Positions 13,412-25,253 of a DNA stretch of 64,000 nucleotides are shown piece after piece. The position numbers were made by a program, and so were the translations under genes. The number at the start of each line of letters is the position of its first letter. Position 1 is the first letter of the stretch. This DNA comes from Azolla caroliniana (lineage: Eukaryota > Plantae > Polypodiophyta), in the NCBI GenBank assembly GCA_043228905.1, contig JBHGNT010000015.1, positions 17,918,001-17,982,000 of the forward strand. Direction: 5' to 3'. The notes under the pieces were generated by a model, which was not told where the DNA came from, did no database searches, and saw only the letters and a list, made by a program, of their open reading frames with translations.

Positions 13412-13655
13412 GGTTGAAAGAGAGATATAAGAATATGAATTAAGATTGAAAGAGAGATATAAGAAACTTGTGAATCCCACAAGTATAGATTATTAGATTT
13501 ATTAATATTTAGAATCCTAATTACAATTTATCATAGATTGGAAGCGAGAGATATGGAAACCTTTGTGAATCCCACGAATATAATTTATTAATTATAGGTG
13601 TTTTAGGAAATATATCCAATTTCCCAAATATTTCACACACACCCCCTTACATTGT
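13412..13655 (-). mobile_element. Probable short copia-type LTR plus PPT remnant
   Basis: The reverse complement shows purine tract TAAGGGGGTG then TGTGAAATATTTGGG, and the far end reads TCTTTCAAC. It interrupts the B reading frame. Confidence 0.45.
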
Positions 13656-13663
13656 GCTCCCCA

Positions 13664-14094
13664 TCCTTATGTAGTGATCAAGGAGTCTTAGTAATCCATG
13701 CTTTTCCTCTAACTATAGACTCCATGCTTTTCCTATATGATAGACTATATGCTTTATCTAAAGTGATCATGCTTTTTTCTAACTTGTGCGTTTTTTATCG
13801 ACTATAGCGTTCATGCACGCTAGATGTGCATGCGTAGTTTTTTCTTTTAGCATGCGTTTTCTTTTAACTAAAGTTTATCCTAAGTGAACTAACCTTTCTA
13901 TGTGGAACATCTACCTTTTAACACTAATGAAATGCTAGTGCAATGGTAAGACATTACATTATTAATATGGAGGTGCAAGGTTTAAATCTTGCCCTATGCA
14001 TGTAATTCTTATTTTGATATTTTCTTCTTTTTTCTTCATATTTATTCAATCGGTTATTTTATATTATTTTCACGTAGTGTACGAAATACACTAT
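13664..14094 (+). mobile_element. Candidate non-autonomous Helitron-like insertion
   Basis: Starts A|TCCTTATGTAGTG. Ends with hairpin CGTA-GTG-TACG followed by a degenerate CTAT instead of CTRR. No TSD. Interrupts B gag. Confidence 0.35.
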
Positions 14095-14939
14095 GACAAC
14101 ACAATCCCTTCTCATGTGGTCCATGCTATCGCACCACACGCATCTAAAGGGTTCTTTTCCTTTGGGACCCCGATGATTCATGTTGGCTAGCGTGACCATC
14201 TCGAACTTCTTCGCTAGCTCTTTGATAATGTCGTCATCAATCTTCTTTTCTTCTGGGCTGCTTTGTTTGGGCGGCTCAACAACTTTCGGTTGTCTTGTTT
14301 TCTCCGCGACAGTCGATCCCACCAAGTCGGTGTCATCAATCCACTGACGATGCTTGTCGAGCCTATTGCATGCTCGCTTCACTACAACCCAGTCCACCAC
14401 AAGCCCGTTCGCTTGGGTATCATCTTCGAGGAGAGTACCTAGTTCTCGTCTATCCTTTATATCCATAGCCTTTAGGAAGTAAAAAGTTTTATCCTCCTCA
14501 AGTAGCACTTGGTCTGTAGCGGGGAGACGACGAAACATTTGGTCAAATTCGTCGTGCACCCTTGATGCACTCATCTTCTTATTTTTCTTCTCTATCCACT
14601 TCATCGAGGCATGTCGAGTCAACCTTGACAAATCTTCCGTTGCGACCTCTGCTAATATCGCTTTCTTGAATTCGGACCATGTTGTCTTGCCTTCTTGAAG
14701 CTCGATGACGCGTCTTTGGATGTTATTGGCGACCACTCTCTTGAAACTCGTGATTTGACGTGCTTCAGACACATTGCTCTGATTCATTTCCCTTCTGTAT
14801 GCATCAAAGAACTTCGTAATGTTCCTTCCGTCAAATTGACCCTCGAGCTCAACGACACGGTCGACAGCCTTCTCCACGCTCCCATCGTTGCGCGCTATGC
14901 ACCAATTGCGCTAAGGGATGGTTTTCTTCACGACATTCG

Positions 14940-17072
14940 CCCCCACCTAACCGCGCATCCACCGGTATGCGCCAAAATTGTGCTCTGGTTGGAGAAAACC
15001 GGTCCGAGTTTCGGTTCTTCGTCCATCAAATCGTCCTCCGTTTCGGACTGTTCGTCATCGCTGCCCAGGCCTCTTAGATCCGGTTCGCCGTCGTGGCGCT
15101 TTTTGAACACTTTGATCCGCTTCCCCGCCAACGGTATCGCCATCCTCGTACCGTCGAGTTCCGCCAGGTGATACGTCCTATTGTTGTTGGCGCTCGTTAC
15201 CACGTAAGGCCCGAACCACCGCTTTGCAAACTTCCGTGTTGCCCGGTGCTGGTTGTCGAGGCTGCTATCGTAGATTAGCACCCAGTCGCCTTCCTCGATT
15301 TTCTTTGGCCGGAGCCGGTGCGTTCGGTCAAACCGGGCTTTGTTCCTCATCCTCGCCGTCCGAAGTCTCTCCGCGGCTCGTTCCACGTCCTCTGGCCTCC
15401 GCTCGAGCTGCCGTATACGCGCCGCTAGCAGTTCTTCCCGGCTCATCTCGTCTCTCCAGTCCACTATCGCCCAAGAGGAGATCGTCTGTTCCATCGGCAT
15501 GATCGGCTTCTGCCCGAAATGAGCTTTGTCGGCATGAACCCGATTACCGAACTGTGTGTTGTCCTGTCCGCCCACAAGGCATAAGGTAACAGTCGTGGCC
15601 AGTTCCCGACCTGGCCCCCGAATGGCCGGACTAACGCTTTGACGATCGGTCCGTGTCCACACTCCACCTTCCAGTTCGCCTCCGGATTGTACGTTGTGGT
15701 GAGCGAGAGCTTGACCCCTAACCGGTCGAACAACTCCTCGGCCTCTTCGGCGTCCAACTCCCCGCGGTCAGCCACGATCTTCCCGACGCACCCGTACTGG
15801 CATATCACGTCCTCGATCAGGAACCGACACACGGCCGTGGTCATTTTGTTCTGCAGGGCTCGGCCTTCTACTTGGTTCATCAGGTCCTCCCGGGCCAGCA
15901 CCAGATATCGCATCTGCCCTATGCCCATTGGCATCGTCACCAAATCTACCATCCATTTGAAATGGATGGCCGGAGGGTAAGTAGGGTGAAGCTCTTCTTG
16001 ATGTCGGACTATGGAGTGCATCTGACAGCTCTCACAAGTTGTCACAAACCGATGCACGTCCCGGTACAGTCCCGGCCACCAGTACTTCTCCTTTAGTTTC
16101 TCAAACGTGGCCCACGTTCCACGGTGTCCAGCCCAGGGGCTGTCGTGGTAGGCCTTCAGTAACTCCTCCTGTTCCTCCTTCATCGCCACTACTCGGAGCG
16201 GGATGCCGTTTCTCTTCTTCGGGTGCAGTAAACCACCGGTTCGAGTACGGGGCACTCGACGGTTCGAGGATGCCCATATTGACTTTCTGTCTTAATAGCT
16301 CCATCAGCTCCGGGATGTGAGCTCTGGGTACCGGAATTGGTTTGAGATTCCACGGCACATGCGGTACCGTGAATATTACCATCGGCTTCACGACCGTGGA
16401 GTCTACGCACCCGATCTCTCCCGGTGAGAATGCGAAGGCTTTCCCGTGCCTTCCGAGCATTCTCCGAAACTGGTCTTCTTCCGCCGGCAGTAGGAACCCG
16501 CCCCCACCGATTTTGAGCTCCCGTAGCGTTCTGTCGGTGAAGGCGTGTCCTATGCAAGCCGGATCTCGTAAACTGGGGTCCGACGCGACCCCCTTGATTC
16601 GCAACTCGCTGCCCTCCGGTAAGGGTGCCGCGACTGGCCTTACCTTCCGGTCCACAATCTTGTTCTTCGCGTTAACCCGGGCCATCCGATCTGACTCGAG
16701 CCCTCGACTGAAGTCCACGATGACTTCGTACATCTCTTCTGAACAAACCGGTATCGTCCGGTCCTCTTTAAGGCCCTCTCCGACCACCTCTCGCAGTATT
16801 CCCAAGGTATCGTCGAAGGAGACCGCCTCCACGGCTCCGTTGATTTCCTCGCTGGGCCCGAGAACTCCGCACGCCCGAAGTCGCTCTTCCACCCTTGTCT
16901 TTTCTCGGCCTACGACGCCGACTATCGTACACCCTCCGTTGTCGGAGAAACAAAACTTCCTACTTATGGTACAAGGTTTCTTCGGTTTCGCCTCTATCGT
17001 ACATTCGTGGGGTTTTCCCGGACTGTCCGGACTATCGCGGCCCCACGCCTTGACAGCCCTCTCTAAAAATCC
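14940..17072 (-). pseudogene. pol: C pol: RT N-terminus fused by deletion (about 16225) to integrase
   Basis: TVPHVPWNLKPIP...YSNRWFT joined to PKKRNGIPLRVV. Integrase H-H-C-C (HDSPWAGH...CESC), VADRGEL and WFGPY. Confidence 0.88.
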
Positions 17073-17683
17073 TCTCGGTTCTCGCCACCGAGGGACTCGT
17101 AGTTTCGCTCGTGGTTCGGTCGCACCGTCAGGAACTGGACCGAATGACGCCCGTCCTGACTCTTGACCCTCGCGTAAGCCGACCCGTTGTCCAGCACCTT
17201 GGTCTCCATTCGCGCTGCCGTAATGTACGGTTCTCCCAGTATGACTGGGTGCGAGGACGTCTCCTGCACAAAGAAGTGCTGGTCTATCTCGACGTCGCCG
17301 ATCTTGACTCGCACGTTTGGGCAGGCCCCGTGTAGTTCCTCGGTGGCGCGCGTCGCCGCCCGTATATTCCACCCATGCTTGGTGTTGATCGGCCATTTCC
17401 CCTTCTTGTAGAAGTCCATGGACATCAGGTTTATTTCCGAACCGTGGTCCAACAGCGCCACCACCGGTTCCTGAACATCTCTGATCTTTACCGGGGTTTC
17501 TGTGGTCGCTCGGGCCCAGTGTGGCCTCGAATAGCGGCTCTCCGCCCACTCGTCTTCCAGCGCCATGTCCTCTATGTGCACTGTCCACACCTCCATCGGC
17601 CTTTCCGGTTCTGCCTCCATCGACAGCCTCTTCCTCTTCACCAAGTCTACGATGGAGTCGTGGAACTCCTTCTTGGCAATTCT

Positions 17684-20600
17684 AGACGGAAAAATCGACA
17701 CTTTCCAAACTCCACCTCTCGGCCACAACCAAGGAAACACACGAATCGTTGTTGCAGAAAATGGGAAATGCAAAAGTAAATAAGTGGACACACGATTTAT
17801 CGTGGAAAATCCTGTACGGGAAAAACCACGGGAGTACAAGACTCCGAACCAAAACTATACACAGAGAAATATACAATGGCGAGCTGCAAGGCGACGACCT
17901 TGAGCTCGCTGTCCTCGCCACAGGCGGCGGAATTACACAGAGGCGTCGACCTCTTCCTCTCTCACGCTCTATCTCTCTCACGGCTGCTCTCTCTCTCTCT
18001 CACGGCTGCTCTCTCTCTTCACTCCTCTTGAGTGGAAAAACAGAAAAATGAGTAGCAACATTAAAACTGTTTGCCCTAAGTCATATTTATACACATATGA
18101 CTTTAGGGCTATTTACAACTATAGCCTCAAGGGCCCTTGGCAAACATATTCACAGATATGTCCCCGCATCCGGATCTCTCTCCGGGTACATTCGTCATCC
18201 GGCTCCGAAGCCGGGGTCTTCATCATCCGGTTCCGAAACCGCAACCGGGCTTGTCGTCATTCATCTCCGACATCCGACCATCCCATCTGAAAGGGACCGT
18301 AAACCCAACAAACTCCCCCTTCACTTCGGCATGGGATGTCTCTCCAATCCGATCCTCTTTCGGCATGCTTCCAGCTTGTCGGGTGTGAGCACCTTGGTCA
18401 GCATATCCGACCCGTTCTCGTCCGTGTGGATCTTCGTCAGCACGAACTCCTTGTCTTCTATCCTTTCCCGGATCCAGTGATATCTTCGCTGGATGTGCTT
18501 CGTCCGGGAGTGATAGGCCGCGTTCTTCGCAAGGTGGATTGCACTCTGACTGTCGCAGTAGAGTCGGTACTCCTCCTGCCGGATACCGAGCTCTCTAATG
18601 AAGTCCTTCATCCATATTATTTCCTTGCCGGCTTCAACAGCCGCCATGTACTCTGCCTCCGTGGTTGACAACGCAACCGTCTTCTGCAGCCTCGACTGCC
18701 ATGAAACAGCTCCCCCTGCATACGTCATCACATACCCTGATGTGGACCGGCTGGTATCTGCATCAGCCGACATATCCGAATCGGTAAAGCCGTCGAGTTC
18801 GGGCTTACCGGAACCGAATCGGAGGCACACGTTTGCCGTGCCCTTCAGGTATCGGAGTATCCACTTGGCCGCGTTCCAATGCTCTTTGCCGGGATTGCTC
18901 ATGTACCGGCTCACCACTCCGACTGCGTATCCAATGTCCGGTCTTGTACACACCATTGCGTACATCAAGCTTCCGACGACAGAGGCATATGGCACTTTCA
19001 TCATGTCCTCCTTCTCAGCCTTTGTCTTGGGGCTTTGCTTGCTGGACAGCTTGCAGTTTGCCGGGAGGGTCGATCCGACCGGTCTTGCTTCCGACATGTT
19101 GAACCGTTTTAGCACCTTTGTCACGTACTTCTCCTGTGACAGCCACAACTGCTTCTTGCTCCGGTCACGGATGATGTGCATCCCTAGTATTTGTCTCGCC
19201 GGACCCAAGTCCTTCACTGAGAAGGTTCGGTGAAGAGCCTTCTTCAGCATCCGTATCTTGACCTGGTCCCGTCCGACGATCAACATGTCGTCCACGTACA
19301 GGAGGAGTATTAGAAAGTCTCCTCCTTCGAACTTCTTCACAAACACGCAGTGGTCGGACTGCGTTTTGAGGTACCCTTCGTCGATCATGAAAGAGTCGAA
19401 CTTCCGGTACCATTGCCGGGGAGCCTGCTTCAGACCGTAAAGGCTCTTCTTCAACCGGCATACCAGGTGCTCCTTCCCTTTCTTCTCGAATCCTTCCGGA
19501 TGCTGCATGTAGATCTCTTCTTCGAGGTCACCGTGAAGGAATGCCGTCTTCACGTCCATCTGTTCTACCTCGAGGTCCATGCTTGCCGCTATGCTCAGCA
19601 CCGTCCGGATGGAGGTCATCTTTACTACCGGGGCAAATATCTCGTCGAAGTCGACGCCCTTCTTCTGCTGAAACCCCTTCACCACGATCCTGGCTTTGTA
19701 TCTCGGGGGGTTTCCGGCATCTCCCGGTTTCAGCTTGAACACCCACTTGTTTCGAAGTGCCCGCTTTCCTTTCGGCAACTCCACAAGTTCATATGTGTGG
19801 TTCTCATGCAGGGAATCCATCTCGTCCTGCATGGCACTCAACCACCTGCGGCTCTGGGTGTCATGCTTTGCTTCTTCAAAGCTCTCCGGCTCCCCCTCGT
19901 CGGTTAGCAGCACGTGCTCTGGTTCCGGAAATCTCCGGGGGGCCCTTCTCTCTCTTAGAGGATATCTCCGTTCCGGAGCTTCGGTAACCGGCTCCTGCGT
20001 TTCTTCTTCATCCGAATCCATTTCGGGATCGGGGCCGGTTCCGGTATCATTTTCATCTTCCTCGGCCGGTTCTGTTTCTTCACCGTCTTCGGCCGGATCT
20101 TCGAGTGTTAACCGGTCCCTTGCCGGTTGGGACTGCTCCTCGTAGAGTTTATCCTCACCGGTCGACTTGGAGCTCTTCATCTTCTTCTCCGACTCCCAGT
20201 CGGCGAGTGTCTTGTTCTCCATGAAGATGATATCACGACTCCGGAATATCTTCTTGTCGACCGGGTCCCATACTCGGTAGCCGAACTCGTCATCGCCGTA
20301 ACCGAGGAATATGCATGGCCGGGTCTTTGGATCTAGCTTTCCTCTCCGGTCCTTTGCCACATGCACGTATGCGAGACACCCGAACACCTTCAGATGCCGG
20401 TAGGATACTTCCCTACCGGTCCACACTCTCTGCGGCGTGTCTCCGTCCAAAGGTACTGAGGGTGATCTGTTTATCACGTATGTCGCCGTCGACATCGCCT
20501 CAGCCCAAAACCCTTTGGGTAATTCCGCATGCGCCAGCATACTCCGGACCCTCTCCATTATGGTCCGGTTCATCCTCTCGGCCAGCCCGTTCAGTTCCGG

Positions 20601-23051
20601 CGTCTTCGGCACAGTAAACTAGAGCCGCATTCCCTTCGAGCGACAGTACTCCGCGAACTGCCCCCGGTATTCCCCTCCGTTATCCGCTCGTATCGCTTTC
20701 AGCTTCTTGCCGGATTCCCTTTCCACTCTCGCGTGGAGTTCTTTGAAGACGCACAACACTTGGTCCTTTGTCTTCAGCGGTGCCGTCCACAGTTTTCGGC
20801 TATGATCATCTATGAATGTTACGAAGTACTGGGCTCCGCCATGTGACGTCGTTTCTACCTGACACACGTCAGTGTGCACCAACTCCAATGGTGCGCTACG
20901 TCTCGTCGGTGGCCTTGAGTGGAAGGAGGTTCGGTTCTGCTTACCGACCAGGCAATCGGTGCACTTCTCCAGGTGCACATGCTTCACTGGAATAAGGTTG
21001 TCTTCTGCAAGCCTCTTCATCCCCTTCTCACTCATGTGACACAGTCTCTTGTGCCACAGCTCACCGGCAGTGTCGGCTGCCACGTTCAACTCTTCCGGAC
21101 GCAACCAGGCATTCATAAGGTACAGTGTGTTGACTTTCCGGGCCCGAGTCACTATCAGGCTCCCCTTGCTGAACTTCATTACGCCGTTCCGGATGCTACC
21201 TGTGTAGCCTTCATCGTCTAGCCTCCCGGCCGAAATCAGGTTCAATCGAACCTCCGGAACGTGTCGGACATCCTTCAGCAGCATTTTGCATCCGGTCGAG
21301 GTTGTCAACGACACGTCTCCTATGCCGGCAATCCGGCACGTACCTTCATTTCCCATCCGAACACAGCCATGCTCACCGGCTGTGTAGGATGAGAAGTATC
21401 TTCTCTCCGGGGTCAGGTGGAACGATGCTCCGGAATCGACCACCCAGGTCGTCTCATCGCCGGCAATGTTTAGTTCACCTTCTTCGGTGATGAGCATGAT
21501 TTCTTCCTCACTTGCCGCGAGTGCCGTCGTTCCTTTCCGGTCCTGCCCTCGCCGATCCGGACCTCTCCGGTCCGTGGCTCCTCGGTATGCACCGTTTCTC
21601 TCCGGTGACTTCTTCGAATCGGTGTCGTCGGCTCCGTTGTCCTTTCGGTAATGCCGACAATTCTTCCGGAAGTGTCCCGGCTTCCCACAGTGGAAGCATG
21701 TGGGTCTTCCTCTTGACTGCGACCGGGTCCCTGACTTCTCCCGTCTTTGCGGACTCCGGTTCCATTGTCTTCCCCGTTCCGATTCTGTAAGCAGCGCCTT
21801 CGAGTCGGAGGCCGGTTCTTTATCTCTCCGATGCGCTTCTTCGTTCAAAATACTTGTCTTTACCGTTTGTAGGGACAAGTTATCTTCCGTGCAGGAGGTG
21901 CTGAGAGTCACCACCAAGTTCTCCCAGCTTTCCGGCAATGTACACATCAGAATGATGGCTTGCATTGCATCCTCCAGCGGGAACTTGATCGCCGCAAGCT
22001 GGTTCACGAATCCCATGAACGTGCTTACGTGTTCCACCATACTCTCGCCGTCCCGGTACTTGAGGTTCACTATCTTCCTCATCAGGGAGGTCCGGTTCAA
22101 CGCATTCTTCCTCTCGTAGAGGCCCGACAGCTTCCGCCACATCTCATATGCGTTGATGTCATTCGCCACATGTTGTAGAACGCTCACGTCGACGTATTGC
22201 CGAATGGTTGCAACGGCTTTCTGGTTCAGAAGCCTCCATTCCGACTCAAGTACCCCCTTCGGTATTTCCGACCTGTCAATCGGTTCGTACAGGTCCCGAA
22301 CAATCAGAAGATCCTCCATCTTGATCTTCCAGTCGGCGTAATTCTGCGCATTCAGCACCATCGTCCCCGGCTGCCCGTTGCCGCCGCCTTCCATTTTCTG
22401 CAGCAGCCCGCTCTGATACCAAATTGACGGAAAAATCGACACTTTCCAAACTCCACCTCTCGGCCACAACCAAGGAAACACACGAATCGTTGTTGCAGAA
22501 AATGGGAAATGCAAAAGTAAATAAGTGGACACACGATTTATCGTGGAAAACCCTGTACGGGAAAAACCATGGGAGTACAAGACTCCGAACCAAAACTATG
22601 CACAGAGAAATATACAATGGCGAGCTGCAAGGCGACGACCTTGAGCTCGCTGTCCTCGCCACAGGCGGCGGAATTACACAGAGGCGTCGACCTCTTCCTC
22701 TCTCACGCTCTATCTCTCTCACGGCTGCTCTCTCTCTCTCTCACGGCTGCTCTCTCTCTTCACTCCTCTTGAGTGGAAAAACAGAAAAATGAGTAGCAAC
22801 ATTAAAACTGTTTGCCCTAAGTCATATTTATACACATATGACTTTAGGGCTATTTACAACTATAGCCTCAAGGGCCCTTGGCAAACATATTCACAGATAT
22901 GTCCCCGCATCCGGATCTCTCTCCGGGTACATTCGTCATCCGGCTCCGAAGCCGGGGTCTTCATCATCCGGTTCCGAAACCGCAACCGGGCTTGTCGTCA
23001 TTCATCTCCGACATCCGACCATCCCATCCGAAAGGGACCGTAAACCCAACA
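17684..23051 (-). mobile_element. Full-length Tnt1-like Ty1/copia element F
   Basis: 627-bp LTRs at 17684-18310 and 22425-23051 with about 5 differences by eye. TSD ATTCT. PBS-Met TGGTATCAGAGC at 22410-22421. PPT GAAGGGGGAG. Confidence 0.96.
18321..22394 (-). pseudogene. gag-pol: F gag-pol polyprotein with a single premature stop (20619-20621)
   Basis: CCHC knuckle, DSGAS protease, LWHKRLCH, integrase VHTD/RADNGGEY/NGLAER, RT YVDD, RNase H FTDSD. Confidence 0.94.
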
Positions 23052-24584
23052 ATTCTGAGCACCTCCCGCAACGACAGTTCCACCTTGCTGTCGAGGATTC
23101 GTTCTTCCAGGACCTTTCGTAGGTCCGTGGTTCTTTCGATCTCCGTGCCCAAACGGTATCCGCCCTTCTTGTGGTTATCCCGAGCACTGGACTCACTGGC
23201 CTCATTCCGTTTCGGCCCGAATCGGGTTTCGTATCTTTGTGAGGGTCTAGCCCCTCCGGTTTTACCTACCCGTTTGTCTTCAACTAGAGCCTCGTAGTTC
23301 GGGCAAGCTGCTTCGATGAAACCCGTCTTTTCTTCGACCGGGTCACTCCACCCGGTTACCCCTGGACCCGCTTTTCCGCGCGGTCCGCCTCGTCTTTCTT
23401 TAGTCGGGCACCGACAAGGCCTTCCAGCACCGTCGGCCAGAACCCGGCTTTGCTCTCCTTCCGGGCCTCGCTGCCTCCGACCCGAATACCGGCTGACGCT
23501 GAGTAGTGGACGGTCTCCGCGTGCCAGGCCGCCGCCTTTTCCATCAGCCTTTTCATTCCTCCTCGCCCGTCGTTCCGGTTCAGGGCCCTCCAGGTATTGC
23601 TGGCATGCACCCGACCTTCCCATAGGTACACTACCCTGCTTCTCAAAGCCTGCATAAAGTCCCCGCAGTCTTTTCGGACGTGGCCGACCTCGTCGCACCA
23701 CATGCACCTATTTCCTTCCGGAGGCCGTCGGTGACGAGCCTGATCGCCGCCTTCCCTCCGAGCCTGGGCGATCTGGAGTTCCTTTACCGCCCGTGTCAAC
23801 TCCTCCAAAGCTGTCCCCCCGGACGAGCCTCTGACCTCGCCGGTCGAAGCCGAACCAGTTTCGAGCCACTCCCGGGTCTCTTCCCGTCACGCCTGCGGTA
23901 TCGGTTCGAGATTCCTTGCTGCGACAGGACCCGCCCCGATCGCCCCTGTATCAGCCCACTCCCACTGTTTGTCAAAACATCCGCAGACTCTTTTTACTAC
24001 GGCCCAGTCGGCCGTCAGCCCGTCTTCGGTTTCCAGTAAGGAGCCCACTTGCTCCCAATCCCGTGCATCAACCGATTTGACAAACAGTAGGACACGACTT
24101 GTGTCCAGAACGGTCCGATCGAGCACCGAAAGGCGCGCAAAGCGATCCTCAAACTCCCGGAGGAGTGCCGACGCATTTCTTCCTTTGTCGGGGGACTCCA
24201 CCCACTCCATGAAGCCCCGCTTCGAAAGTCGAAGCGCGTCATCCAGCCCGTATTTCTCCAGGAGCCCTCCTTCGAACTCCTCCCAGGTCCGGCTCTCCGC
24301 CCGGACCTCGAGCACCTCCGCATGGATGCCCGGCATCGCCACTCGAGGGAATCCGGCAAGACGCCTCTCTTCCGGAATATCCCTCATCAACATCTCCGCC
24401 CGGTAGGATGCCAAATAACTCGTGGCATCCTTTCCACTGAACCGGCCGATCATACCGACGATCGCCTCAATAGCCCTGTCAAGGGCGCCGGTGCCCTCGC
24501 GCGCGCTCATTATCCGGTCCACGATCGAAGCCATGGCCTCTGCAAGATCCGACCCCCTCATCTTCTGCTCCTCTGCCGCCTGTT

Positions 24585-24601
24585 TCACGTCGGGTTCACC
24601 A
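24585..24601 (-). other. Primer-binding site complementary to the 3' end of tRNA-Trp (element C)
   Basis: TGGTGAACCCGACGTGA lies 4 nt after the LTR. From recall, plant tRNA-Trp ends TCACGTCGGGTTCA-CCA. J has the same site with one mismatch at 58610-58626. Confidence 0.82.
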
Positions 24602-24605
24602 AATA

Positions 24606-25253
24606 TGCCGCGTTGTTACGCGCGTGCGTGGAGAAAAGAGGCGGGACCACCGGGGTCTTGAACCGAAGAGCAGGTGGTAGGAGGGGAAAGAGAAAGAGAG
24701 AGACAACTGGTTACGTATGAGCAAAGAAACACAGGGACACGGCCCGTCAACGCAGAAGACGCGAATGGACACAAAGACAGAGAAACACGAATGTTTGTAT
24801 ATTAACAAATGACACAAACAACAGAGCACACGAGCGGTTACAACCGAACAGGCCGGCGAACAGATGTCGATGCCTGCTCGTCTGCGCACGAAAGGGGATA
24901 GGATTGAGGTGCTGCCGGAAGCACACGGGCGTTCCTCGAAGCAGCGCGAGCCTCTCGAAAACCTGCAGAGAAGAGCAATAGAGAACAATAGAGGAGAAGC
25001 GTTCGGTTACGGTCCGACAGCACTTCGTCCTCCTCAATGCGCGATCCCCTCTCCCCCGCGTCTCCCTCTCTTTTATAGCTTCAGGAAGGGAGCCGTCTCC
25101 CTCATTTACTTCCTACCTACCGAATCTAACTACCCCCGCATATGCCTATGTACCTAATTCCCTATTATATACATTAAAGGGCGCACACGCGTCAAGAGCC
25201 GGTTCACGCGCGCTATGCACCGATTGCGCTAAGGGATGATTTTCTTCACGACA
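24606..25253 (-). repeat. 5' LTR of C
   Basis: TGTCGTGAAG...CGCGGCA on the minus strand. Its first ~47 nt (U3 end) match the remnant at 14889-14935. Confidence 0.88.

Larger units (their letters stand above)
12422..14877 (-). pseudogene. gag: B gag-protease, interrupted by insertions at about 13412-14094
   Basis: Gag FDGRNITKFFDAY, Zn knuckle CVWCDSMDHMRRDC, protease LIDHGSEINL and IILGQPY. Confidence 0.85.
17063..24561 (-). pseudogene. gag: C gag-protease, split by copia F (17684-23051)
   Basis: Gag FSGKDATSYLASY and CMWCDEVGHVRKDC. LREVLR|IAKKEF is continuous across F. Protease LLDHGSEINL. Confidence 0.87.
14889..25253 (-). mobile_element. Ty3/gypsy element C (Trp-primed lineage), inserted into the PBS of B; RT core and RNase H deleted; carries copia F
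   Basis: 5' LTR at 24606-25253. 3' LTR remnant at about 14889-14935 with adjacent PPT. PBS at 24585-24601. Gag, protease, RT N-terminus and integrase ORFs. Confidence 0.9.

Noticed and set aside
16342-17166. Long antisense ORFs (also 54361..55263, 18598..19233 and others)
   Set aside because: These are shadow frames of GC-rich pol sequence with no recognisable domains. Their recurrence is explained by homology of the sense genes.
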